Part shown: piece after piece, positions 25,106-36,570 of the stretch
How positions within the stretch are numbered: the first letter of the stretch is position 1
How the letters are laid out: every line of letters starts with the position of its first letter
Source of the DNA: Monocercomonoides exilis PA203
Lineage: Eukaryota > Protista > Preaxostyla
Direction: 5' to 3'
NCBI GenBank assembly: GCA_001643675.2
Contig: LSRY02000015.1
Coordinates: 1,736,001 to 1,800,000, forward strand
DNA length: 64,000 nt
The notes under the pieces: generated by a model
Told to the model about the DNA's origin: nothing
Seen by the model: only the letters and a program-made list of their open reading frames with translations
Databases searched by the model: none
Program-made: the position numbers and the translations under genes

Positions 25106-27127
25106 GTCTGCTGTTCCCACATCCTGCGAGGTGATCGTGATGCAACACAGCGAGAGAGTGCCTGATGCCGAAGTCATCTCAAACAGCCGCGGTGATGGTG
25201 ACGCCCTGGATGTGTGCAGTATCTTCATCGAGGCGGCACTCAATGCCCCATCCCCGATCCTCACCATTGTCGATGACCCTCCCATCAGCTCCGATTTCAC
25301 TATTGTCCCGCTGTCCCCAAGCCCATTCATCACAATCGTCTTTCCCCCCACATCCACCGTTCTTGTGATCCTGAATGTGCACTCCGCCAGCTGCAGCCGC
25401 TGCTCCCCAGCTGAGCTTGCTTGATCCACTGCATATTCCACTGTCTTGCACCCATCCCACTCGTATATCCCACATCCAACCTCTTCTCTTCCCTCCGCAT
25501 CCACATATCTCCTCAGAATCCCCACACTCAGCCACTCGTTCTTTGTTCCAAATCGAGAGTGCCACACACTGCTTCCACTTGTCTTCGTTGTGAATGACGA
25601 CACACTCAGCACTGTGGTCTCTGGCATATATGAAAACGAGTCTCGTATTGACACATCATCTCCATTTCCATCTCCTGCTGTGTTGTTGTGGAAGAAACAG
25701 AAATACAACCATGGCTTTTCTGAAATCGTTCCATATGCATCCCTCCAATAGATAGATATTGCTCCTCCTAATATTTTTGTGAAACCATTAAAAAATAAAC
25801 TTTCAGATATGGAATATGGCTGAAACATATTGTGTAAACAAATGAAAGCGCAAGTTGTCAGATTTGAATCTGAAAGAGTGAATGAACAATTACAAACAAC
25901 AGGAACAGTTAATTCATTTTCAGAATGGATGACATTAAAAGATTGCAGACGTAATGCACCGAAATCACTCACTGAGCAGTTTTTAAAATTCGAGTTTGCT
26001 ATTCGAAGATCAATTAAGTCATTTAGCATGCCAAATGCGCCAGATCCTCCAGAACAATTTTCACCTTTCATTCTGTCCATATATGTATTGCCAGCATGAA
26101 ACACCATCACAGCACCTCCATATCTACCACAAGAACAGTTATCGAAAACGCATTGATTAATTTCCACATTTGTCGTTGGATTGCCATGAATTCCTATTGC
26201 ACCTCCACATATTGATAAATCCCAATCAACATTTCCTTCCCAAACATTTTCAGTTTTTGTGTTATGCCATTCACAGTTTGAGAATGAGTGTGATCCACCA
26301 TCAAAAGTCTTTCTCTCCATGTTGCTGTTCCCAGAAAATGATGTTTTGGCACAGTTCATGAATGAGTTGTTGGACGATTGGAATGAAGCACCTGGGGAGT
26401 TGACTGACTCAAATACACCTCCATCAAATGCATCATGCACAGACGCAAAAGAGCAACTTTCAGCTCGTGTTTGCAATCTGTGAAATCCATAGGAATTGGG
26501 AAGGATGTGATGCTTGCAAGAAGAAATGTTGCAGAATATGGAATTTCCCACATTAATCTCGGTAAGTGATGGTGAAGAAAGAAATGGCGGGGATGAAACT
26601 GAGATTGATGAAAACAGTGACTGCTCAACAATCAGCATTCCAGTTGATGATGTTCTTTTGGAATATCTGTTCTCATGCTCTTTCGGAGAGCCAACAAGAG
26701 AAGGCGAACTGATCTCTTTGTTTTCAACAATCAGTGTGGCATTCATCAAGTGAAGGCTAGAATCCTCAACAAGGAACGGATGTTCATTGTGGCTGCTTCT
26801 GTCAACAATCTCAATCTTGGTGCCTTCAACATCCGATGAGAAAACACAGCAGACAGCACTTCCATCTCCTTTCTGCACAATTCTGATGTTTTCCATTCCA
26901 CATGTTGAATTCGAGAAAATGATTGATCCTTCGATTGTGCTTTTCCTGCTCCCAATGTTGATGTTTACCAACTCATCAATTCTTTTTAATTCATTTTTCT
27001 CTTCATTGAATGTTGACAAAATAGAATGTGTATTCAAAGAATCAACAATGAAAATCATCAAAACAACATTTAACGATTTGAATTGTTTCATTATTTTCAT
27101 TTTTTTCTTTTCCTTTTCTTTTTCCAT
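14753..27127 (-). CDS. Giant receptor-like protein, copy B (full length, ~4125 aa after correcting five homopolymer indels), intronless
   Basis: Reverse complement of copy A over 14753-25105, plus 674 further N-terminal codons starting MEKEKEKKKMKIMKQFKSLNVVLMIFIV (hydrophobic, signal-like). ORF breaks at ~21092 (C7 vs G6), ~18625, ~18228, ~16114 and ~15158 are each a 1-bp homopolymer difference from copy A. Confidence 0.85.
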
Positions 27128-27333
27128 AAAATGATATAAATGTAGGAATAAGGGTTTTTGATCAAAGTTTTCTAATTTGTATTTCAGTTTTTTTTTTCTT
27201 TTTCATATGAATGTGACAAATATTCGATTTTTGCGTATTTTACAATTAAAAATTTTTATATATTTTTGAATTCATCACTTATGGGACATTATTTTTTCAT
27301 TTTTGAAAAATTAAATGATTTGTTCCAAACGTT

Positions 27334-28171
27334 GGCGAGTTACAACTTTAAGTCACATTCAGAAACTCGTTTTTTTCCGGATTTTTTGTGATGGAATGAA
27401 TTTATATAATATTATAAAACATGCTAGTGGTGAATTTTCTATAATTGCTATTTTTTTTACAACGAATAAAATCAAAATTTTGAAAATTTTATGGTTATGA
27501 TCAAACTTATTTCAAAAATTTTTTTTTGGATATTGAATGATTTATAGTTATTTCGTGGCTTGTGAAAATTGATTTGTTTAAAAAAACCTAAACAATTCCA
27601 ATCAAGTGAATTTAAGAATTTTGAAGCTCTTTTATAATTTTTTTGAAAGTTTTTAATGAAAAAAATTTTGTGAAAACGAACTTCTTGGGTTTCGTTCTGC
27701 TTAAGGGTTTTCCTTCGAATCGAAATATTAGGTTTCGAGTTTGCGTTTAATTTTTGTTTATTTTTTCATGAATTGGGTTAGGGTTTAAATCGAAAAATCA
27801 ATTTTTCACACAAAAAAAAACGAGTGTTTCAATGATTGCGCAAAATAAAATAAATAAAAAAAAATATTAAATATTTGAATAAATTGCAAACTTTTATTTT
27901 CATTCTTTATAAAAATAAAAAAAATGTTTCAAATTCCATAAAACTTTTCAAACAATCCCTTTATAATTTGATATCTACTTGAATTGTTAAAAATCGATTT
28001 GATCAAACCCACAAAAATTATTTATTTTTGATTTTTTTCGTTGTGAAAAAAAAATAGCAATTATAGAAAATTCACCACTAGCATGTTTTATAATGTTAAA
28101 TAAAATCATTCCATCACAAAAAATCCGGAAAAAAACGAGTTTCTGAATGTTCCTTAATTTTGTGACTCGCC
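27334..28171. mobile_element. Putative non-autonomous foldback/MITE-like element with ~170-bp imperfect terminal inverted repeats
   Basis: 27334-~27505 (GGCGAGTTACAA...CAGAAACTCGTTTTTTTCCGGATTTTTTGTGATGGAATG...CATGCTAGTGGTGAATTTTC) is the reverse complement of ~27995-28171. No coding capacity and no clear TSD. Confidence 0.65.
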
Positions 28172-28650
28172 GTAATTCTGATATGTCGTGCATTAAAAAA
28201 TAAAAAAATTTCAAAAAGTCGAGGAAAATATTTGAAAGCAATATAAGGAACAAAATTCTTTAAACAAAATATTTTGTTTCGTATTTGTAATTGTTTAATT
28301 TTGATGAATGGGATGAATTTTTTTTTATTTATGAAAAATTGGTCTTTAATCCAATCTTTTTCTTTATCGAATCTTTTAAAGTCTGTGATTCCCCAACATC
28401 ATTAAAAAAAGAAAAAAATAGAAAAATAATTGTAATAATTGAGTGGAACAAAATTAATAAATGGAAAAAAAATCGTGCAATATAACACCCAAAATTTTTT
28501 CATTCCACTGTGAAATGACAAAAAAATTGAGAAATTGACAAAATGACTGTAAAGATATTTTTGATTTGTCAAAAAAGGTTATTAAATATGATTTCTCAAT
28601 TATTTATAACTTCAATATTATATTTGCAATCTTTAAATACACCAAAAATT

Positions 28651-28734
28651 ATTCAAAATCGAAAAAGTTTAATTCAAGATCGAAGAAGTTTAATTCGAAA
28701 TCGAAAATATTTGATTCAACATCGAAAATTCTCA
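28651..28734. repeat. Four 21-bp tandem repeats (ATTCAARATCGAAAANTTTA-like), with an inverted two-unit copy at ~29255-29298
   Basis: Units: attcaaaatcgaaaaagttta, attcaagatcgaagaagttta, attcgaaatcgaaaatatttg, attcaacatcgaaaattctca. Reverse complement of 29255-29298 reads attcaagatcgaaaaacttttattcgaaatcgaaaat. Confidence 0.7.
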
Positions 28735-30027
28735 ATCAACAAAAAAATTGTAATTTTTTTCAAATTAATGCTTACGTTGGTTACTTTTCTTTCAGTGAAT
28801 GATCTGAGGAATTTGTCAACTTCAATCAGAAAAATATTTTTTGATCTTTATTTTCGTGTTTGATTGTATTCAATAGCGTGAATATAAAAAAATTGAATAT
28901 TTTTTAATTCTTCACATGCGCTCAGAATGTGATATGAAATAAAGCAAACAAAAATAAAAATATAGGATAGTTCATGATCTTGTTTTATGCACAAAATTTC
29001 ATGAAGCAATCTCATTTATTTGAAACGAAATATTTTCGATTTCATCAATTGCATTAGAATCTGTTAAAATTAAACACTTTCAATTTTTTTTAATGAGAAA
29101 AGGATCAGTGGATATCAGTACAAATCATAGAAAACTGTTGTTCAAAATGAATGAAAAACATTACCAATAAAAAAAATATTTGTAATAATCAACATTTGTA
29201 TCAATGTAATTTTTTTGGTTTTGATTTGAATTAAATTCGGAATTAATTAACTTCATTTTCGATTTCGAATAAAAGTTTTTCGATCTTGAATAATTTTTTT
29301 TTAAAGTATGTTATCAAAATTATTTGTGGGAGTGAAAACTTTTGAAAACAACTGTCTTGCAAAGAATGACTGGACACAAATCATTCTGTTTAACGAAACG
29401 TGTGCATTTCCAACTGAACAATAGATGGATGATTGTTGTGAAAACTATGTCATGCTTATCAATTATCATTCCTTCAATTTTCTTTCGATATATAAATCCA
29501 TTCTTCCAAAAGTTGCTTTGAAGTTATCGGAAACTGTTAAGACTCAAAAATAAAGGACGTGATTTTATGCCTTATGTATTTTGTTCGTGTTAATTATTTC
29601 TTTGATTATTTCTTTCAAAATTTTCAAAATTATTGAACAAAGGAATGTTTGACTAATGATGATTTCATGATGAAAATAGTTTGGAACAAAACACTGGTTT
29701 TTCATAAATGAAAATATTTCTCCCCACAAGATTAATGACTTTGCATTGAAAGTTATTAAATGTTTCATGTGAGTATTTCTTCAATACTCCCATTGACAAG
29801 ATATTTTTATTCACCTTTTTTTCATACAGTTGAGGAGTTTGTAATTGAAATTGAACACAATTAAAGGCTATATCCATCATCATTAAGAGCTCAACTCACA
29901 TTAGAAAGAATAATCGATTCATTTAAACTTTTTCAGTTTTTTTCTCAGAATCTCAATAATTCTTTTGAGAATGAGTTCTAGATGAAATAAGCGAATAATC
30001 TTTTTTTTTTTTAACTTTTTGTCATGT

Positions 30028-30294
30028 GGGGGGAAATACGGACTTTCAAGCTTTTAATGCACAAAGCATGAAAAAATCGTTTCACTTATAGCATTTTGAA
30101 ACTCAACCAGATTTCAAATGAATTTAATTTTCATTTTTGAAAGCAAACGCCATTGTTATAATAACATCATGTTGTGTGACATTACATGTATTTCAAAAAA
30201 TAAACCTATTTTTTTCAAATTTTTTTATCACAAAAATATCATTTAAAGTGTATTATTTTTCTATGAAAATGCCTGAAGTCAAATATTTAGTCCC
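30028..30294. mobile_element. MITE copy 1 (267 bp), GGG...CCC termini, ATGT target-site duplication
   Basis: ATGT|GGGGGGAAATACGGACTTTCAAGC ... GCCTGAAGTCAAATATTTAGTCCC|ATGT. Imperfect TIRs; homologous to 30361-30628. Confidence 0.7.
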
Positions 30295-30360
30295 ATGTGA
30301 TGAAACAAAACAACAAAAATTTAAAAGAAGAAGAAAAGAAAAAAATATCTTTTGACATTT

Positions 30361-30628
30361 GGGGGAAAATACGGACTTTCAAGCTTTTTATGCACAAAGC
30401 ATGAAATAATTGCTACACTCTTAACTTTATTTCACTTTCTCAGATTTCAAAATAAAATTGATTTTCATATCTGCACACAGGCATCGTTGAAATAAAAACA
30501 TAAAGCTTTCCGATATTTCACGAATGTCAAAAAATGGACCTGTTTTTAATGTGATTTTTGATTACAAAAAGTCAATGAAAAGTGCATAATTTTTCAATGA
30601 AAATGCCCGAAGTCAAATATTTTGGCCC
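30361..30628. mobile_element. MITE copy 2 (268 bp), GGG...CCC termini, ATTT target-site duplication
   Basis: ATTT|GGGGGAAAATACGGACTTTCAAGC ... GCCCGAAGTCAAATATTTTGGCCC|ATTT. Ends conserved with copy 1, interior diverged. Confidence 0.7.
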
Positions 30629-31250
30629 ATTTTTTGTGGATATCATTTCTTTTTCGACAATTTTCACATTAATGACTTATATTCCACAGTTCAAAAGAAA
30701 AAGATTTTGAATCGTTGATTTTTCTTGTTGAAAGTGCTTTTATATTAAAAGAAATTCTTAAAAATACAATTGTGAAAATGAAATGGGAAGAGGAAAATAC
30801 AAACAGAATTTTTCATAAACCTTCTCAGCTGCATGCGACAAAAACAACAATGGAAAATACGTGGAAAATGGATTGAACAAAAAAAGGAGAGGTGATGACT
30901 GCTTCATTAAACGAATATTTCAAATCTCTGTATTCAACAAATTTGTCAATTATCGTGACACACAGCTTCAAAAAAGAACAAACAAATAAAGACAAATCTT
31001 TAATTGCTTCACTAACGATAGATAAACAAATGAATTCTTGACATTCATGTTTCCACTTGAACCAATTAATGCTTTTCATATTCAAAGATATTTTTTTCAG
31101 ATATATAAATTTTTTTCGAATTTTTTCAAAAATAATTAGTGGAATTGGAATTGATGCGCGTTTGTTAATTTTAATGCATTGAAAATACATACAAATCAGC
31201 AAATGAAAACATTTCGAAAATAGAACATACACATGATTTTTTCGAGCAAT

Positions 31251-34200
31251 AGATACAATGCAGATTGAATCAAATTATTCAAATTGAAAAAATAATTTAA
31301 AATTGTGGGGGTTATTTAAAATAACCCCTGTTTATTTGAATTGATTGGCTTATTTTTAAAATCTTCATCCTATTTTGAATTGAATGTGCAAAACATGAAA
31401 AATGATTGTGTTAGATTATTAGCATGAAAGATTGATATAAAATAATGAAGTTTATTTTGATTTTCTTTTTGAAAAAAAATTGATCTTTCAATAATCAACT
31501 TCGAAAAAACAGAATATTTTGTTAATTCGTTTAAAATGCTATTCCTACTTATGTTATCGAAAACATGAGTTATATAATGCGAGTATGTATGGTTTTAACA
31601 ATTAAAAATTCATTTTTCCCAATATACAAATCATAAAAGCTTCATCAAATTTTTAGTATATTTCTTCGCAATTGAGAGCTGTTACTGAAAACTGTTTGAC
31701 CAATTGCAACTTCAATGTGATGCCTATCTATTCCCTTTTGATCACTGTGCTTTTTAAGTTTTTTGCAAAAGAAATTTTCAAATGATATTGTTTTTCATTT
31801 TTCGCTTTGTTGTTAAACAATATTATGAAATATAAACAAGAAATATATAAAACGCTGAATGTTTAAAGGTATATATGGTTTTTTTTTTTCAAGATTTCGT
31901 TTTTTATGAAGAACATTTTATATTTTTTCAAAATTTTCTTTTTCTATATTTATCTTCTAATTTTGCAAATTACACAATTTTTTTGCAGTTCCAAATGTTA
32001 TAAACATTTTGCCTTTGGATATACCACATTTATAACACACTCTATCCTCAGGATTACTCCTAAGTGCAAAAAGAATTTCGACGATCCTATCTATTTATTT
32101 TCTCCCGTCTCAATTAACAGATTTCTATTATAGCACACTCAAACCATCATCAACAGTTCTATCGTCTCTTTTCTCAACAGCTCCGACACTTCTCTCTCTG
32201 CCTTCAATGCTTCTTTTCTCCACCAAACAAGTTCTTCATCAAATGCTGCTGTGGTTCACATTGGAACAGAATCTCAAAGAGCAAAACCAGGAAGACTGGA
32301 TTCTTTTGATGCAAGCAGCCATCGCTTTGAATGGTGCGAATGGAATGATTCAAGAAGCGGAGGCTATAATGGTGGTGCACTTTATGTAGAATGCATAAAT
32401 GCTAACCTTGCAATCTCATCATGTTCGTTCAATAATTGTTCTAGTACAGGAAATGGTGAAGGAGGAGCAATATTCAGTCAATATTTATTATTAGTCAGCA
32501 TCACAAAATCGAATTTCACAAATTGCCAGGCGAGACATGGAGGCGCTGTGGAAATATGGAATCCACAATCTTATTCTGTTTATTCGTTTTTAGACAATAG
32601 AGTGGAGAGCTGTTCAATATCTGACTGGTGCGGAACTGGTGGGTATTTTGCTCTTGGAAATGATTATACAAATTTTCAATTCTTGTTTTTTAAATGCAAG
32701 TGCATCGCAAATACTGGTTGTGATGCTGCAGGTGCTGTGACATTCAACTGGCCTCCGAAAGAAATGACGAGGCAATTTTCAATCAATGATTGCCAATTCG
32801 TAAACAACAAATTGACAAATTCGTCAACACGCGGAGGAGTTGGAATTTTTTCTGAAGTGACATTTTTATAGATGAATCGAGTAACATTCATCACATTCTG
32901 CTTTTTCGATGGCAACACCGCAACAAATGGAAGAGGAAATGATGTATTCTTTTACGGAAGTGATATCACCCAATCTCCATTCCAGCAATGCGGTCCAACA
33001 ACTCCAACAAAAAGAGTGTATAATAATGGACAAGCTGAAAACGCTGTGTATAATGACTGGCTTCCAATCATCAACCAGAACAAAATCGTTGCAAATGGTG
33101 GAAGTGATGTCGATGCCTGTGACAAAACACAGCAAGGCCCATGTGCCACGATTGAGTATGCACTCAATGGATTTATCCCGTTCCAAGATGCCTCTCTTAC
33201 CCTCCTCATGTCCACTTTTATTCTCACCCAAACTCTCATCTTCATTTCCCCTAACACAAAAATCACAGGAAACGGCACAACTACCACCATCTCCTCCAGT
33301 GGCATTCCCCAACCAGCTTCTTCTTCATTTTCATCAATATCAACATCTTCTTCTTCACCAGATCCATCTGCCTCGTCTGCCCTCTTCCAACAGACCCAGG
33401 GCTCTCTCACAGTCTCTGCCCTCGCCATCGCCCACAACTCCACAAATCCCATCACCCCCATCCTCTTCCACCTCTCCGAAAACTCCCCTTCCCTCAACCT
33501 CAACACAACCGCCATCACCGGAACAACCCTATCTTCATCATCAATCACAACCCCCCTCTTCTTCCTCACTGCTGGCTCCCTCACTCTCAACCACACAGCA
33601 ATCACCAGTCTCACCCTCAACAGCCAAAGCATCTTCCACCTCACCTCCTTCACAAACCCCCTCACTCTCAACTCCTCCAACATCACCCACATCACCTCCA
33701 CTGCCTCCCCCACCAGCTGTGTCCTCTCCTCTGCCACCTCCCCTGCCCTCTCCCTCTCCCTCGCCAACTGCACCATCACAAACATCAACTCAGCTCCACA
33801 ACGCCAACAGACTACCACCAATTGCTTGTGCATTTCATTCGCCTCATCTGTATATGCTAGAACATTTTCTACAATTGACAACAATTTCTTCACCAGCTGT
33901 GTGAGCGAAAGGAAAACGAAAATCGAGAAAAAGAAGGAGGAAAAAATTACAGAGAACGTGGGATGCTTATGGGAATAGAAGCAAAGGTGAAAAGAAGAAA
34001 ATGTACTTCTTTTCAAAGAAGTTGGCATTAGAGATTTTATGGGGATGCGGTATGAAAATGAAGAGATAAATGATAACGAAAATAAAGAAGATGCGTGAAG
34101 TGATAAGAAAGAGAGAGGCTTAATTTAAGAAAAAGAGAAAGATCATTTTGAAATTATGAGATTACGGCAAAAGAGAAAATGAGAGAAAAAATGAGGAAAT

Positions 34201-34762
34201 AAGGAAAATGAAAAGGAAATAGACATACGATTCTGCAACTACAACATCAAAGCGCAGCGTAAAGAGTGATGATTCATTCTGTAAAATAATACACTCGCAT
34301 AAAACAAATTAATTTTTTCAGAATTTTCAGAATATCGTTGTTTTCTTTTTATTATTTATGTGAAAACAATAAAAATTATCTTCAAAGTGAATCATTCTTC
34401 ACTTAAAATTCAAAACAAATAACATTTTCACTTTATTAACAAATAATATATTTAATTTTTGTTTTATTTATGCTCATTTTCACGCTTCCGTAGAATAATC
34501 AAAATTTCATTAATGAAATCGTCTAAAAAGATTTGATTTTTCTTTTGTTTCTACTATATTTTAATTAGTGTTTTTTGTTTGTTATATTTTCCTTTCCCAC
34601 AATTATTATTAATTTGAATGATCTTTTCTAATTTGAATTAGGATGGTGATTTCAAATTTTTGCCCTTTTATTTGAATCAAGTGGCCTTAATTCAAATTAA
34701 CATAGGTTTATTTAAAAAACCTCAATTAATTCAAATTTCCCAACTTAATCTGCATTGTATCT
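31251..34762. mobile_element. Putative ~3.5-kb non-autonomous TIR element carrying a host gene fragment
   Basis: TAGATACAATGCAGATT (31250-31266) is the exact reverse complement of 34747-34763. Subterminal similarity continues ~130 bp, including a GGTTATTTAAAATAACC-type palindrome and CATCCTA. Flanks fit an AAT (3-bp) or TA TSD. Confidence 0.55.
31906..33978 (+). pseudogene. Truncated paralog of the beta-helix surface-protein family (N-terminal modules only, no TM or kinase), two in-frame TAG codons
   Basis: ORFs 31906..32133, 32251..32871 and 32872..33978 share one frame, broken only by TAG at 32131 and 32869. Motifs FEWCEW, GGALYV, GGAIF, FCFFDGNTA..GRGNDV and GSD...C......PCATIEYA parallel FSNCEW, GGAIGI, FCFFHNNTA..GNGDDV and CG......CKTVEYA in the giant gene. 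Confidence 0.7.
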
Positions 34763-34821
34763 AATAATAAAAATTATGCTCCATAAATTTTTGCATTTTT
34801 AAAATGTTATATTTTAGATCA

Positions 34822-35755
34822 ATGAAAAACACCATATTCACAGCTTTTGCTTTATTAATAGTTTTAAGATTGATATGGATTCTGCCCTGGAGAAGATATT
34901 TTCATAATAATTATAGAAATGATGCTTTACCATTGAAAAATAAAAAAAAAAAAAAGCTAATGATTGTTCTTGGTTCAGGTTTGATAATTTTTTATTTTCA
35001 CACTTATAAAATTTGTATGTTACTTAAAAATGTTACAAATATTCGGATTCAGGGGGGCATACAAAAGAAATGCTTGCACTTTTAAATGAAATTGATTTAT
35101 CTCGCTTCAACAAGCGAGTGTATGTTATCGGTGCAACTGACTCTCTTAGCGAGGGGAAAGCAGAAGCATTCGAAAATGATCATTTTGTATGTTACGTTAC
35201 GATTTGCTTTCTGATATTTTGAATCACTTTTACTATTATAATGAATATTTAGGCAAAAGCCCAAAGCTATAAAGTTGTGAGAATTCCACGAAGTCGAGAA
35301 GTTCTTCAAGGAGCTTTGAGCGCAATTTTTCCAACAGTTAAAAGCATTTTAGCAAGCATTTGTGTTGTGTTTCGATACAGACCTGAAATAGTATGTTTTT
35401 CATCCTCAAACGTTCAGAGAATTTTTGATTTGTTAAAATGATTAACTATAGATTTTGTGCAACGGTCCTGGAACTTGCTTTCCAATATGCGTTGCAGCTT
35501 TTGTTTTGAAGGTATTTTTAAAGTGAATTTTTTTTATTTATTGAAGTTTTAAAAAAATAAATATTCAATTGTTTAAAGTTTTTTTGGAATTCTAGAATCA
35601 AAGTTGTTTTTGTTGAATCTTACTGCAGGGTTACAACTTTATCAACAACTGGAAAATTACTATATTATTTGCCATTATCTGATGGATTTGTTGTACAGTG
35701 GCCATCACTTCTTGAGAAATATTCCCAAGCAGATTATCTTGGAAGAGTTGTTTGA
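34822..35755 (+). CDS. ALG14: UDP-N-acetylglucosamine transferase subunit ALG14 (multi-exon)
   Basis: Spliced translation gives an N-terminal TM, then MIVLGSG|GHTKEM (intron 34979-35052), IPRSREV, ILCNGPGTCFP, VFVESYCRV..LSTTGKLLY and DGFVVQWPSLLEKY...YLGRVV-TGA. One extra T in a run at ~35668 shifts the last exon. Alternative ATG at 34804. Confidence 0.9.
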
Positions 35756-35994
35756 ATCATGAAATTTACAAATATTGCATTTCACAATTTATCATTTGAA
35801 TCTTTTAATTTCCAATTCATTTTCGTTTCTTTTTGTGCAAGTATTATTGAAACGTGAAACATTTCGAAAGTCGCATGCAATGTGCAATTCAAATATACAA
35901 GGATTGAATCTCCTCTTAAAAAAATGAAGTGATGAAATGAGTATCAAGAAAATCTTAAAAAAAACAAGATTGGTTCAAATAAATGAGAAATATT

Positions 35995-36570
35995 CTAAGA
36001 AGAATTCGATTTTTCTGTTGGTAATAAAGAATCCACTGAAGGAGAAGATGAATGTCGTTCCTGCGCAGTTATTTGCTGGGAAATTTGAGATTGTTGTTGT
36101 GGTTGAATTAAAGGCTGTGGTGAAGAAAGAGATTGTGGAATTTTTGTTCTCTGAATATCTCTCATTCTGAAAAATGAAGACAATCATTTCATTGTTTAAT
36201 AAGCATAATTTTAAAAAACAAACCTGTTTATTCGTCCTTGAATTGTACTGAGTAAAGATGCAAGATTTGCAACACGCTTTCTGCATTGTTTCACTCGTTC
36301 GCAATATGGTGCAAGTTTTGGTAACGTTCTAAATGAACCAAGTTTTGAAATAGCAGTTTCCATTCGTTTAAGCTCTGTCATAATTTTATCTTGACTTTTA
36401 AAAACAGATTCAAGGTCATGAGCACAATTCTCAACATGAGGCACAAGAAGTTCCGTAAGTCCTTCTTTAAAATATTTAATAGACTGATCTTCCACAGGAG
36501 TTGAATTCGATTGTTGTTGGACAGGCAGAGTCGTTTGGGTATGAATTGGATCTGAGCTTGGATTGGACAT
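35995..36570 (-). CDS. SNAPIN: Snapin-like coiled-coil protein (BLOC-1/BORC subunit), 2 exons
   Basis: FKEGLTELLVP...V..SQ..I..EL...LAPYCERVKQCRKRV..L..LL..IQGRINR matches the Snapin pattern. A GT-AG intron at ~36224-36168 joins it to the 35995..36183 frame. Confidence 0.7.

Noticed and set aside
39-26753. Dozens of antisense and alternative-frame ORFs overlapping the giant genes
   Set aside because: Shadows of G-skewed coding sequence (few stops on the C-rich strand); no recognisable motifs.
27700-27790. Telomere-like GGGTTAGGGTTT and related hexamers inside the foldback element
   Set aside because: Only about two units; compatible with chance.
28651-28734. Possible CRISPR-like array
   Set aside because: Contiguous units with no unique spacers, eukaryotic context, no cas genes.
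32952-34028. 358-aa minus-strand ORF and 331-aa alternative-frame ORF
   Set aside because: By-products of the extreme C-rich codon usage of the plus-strand gene fragment.
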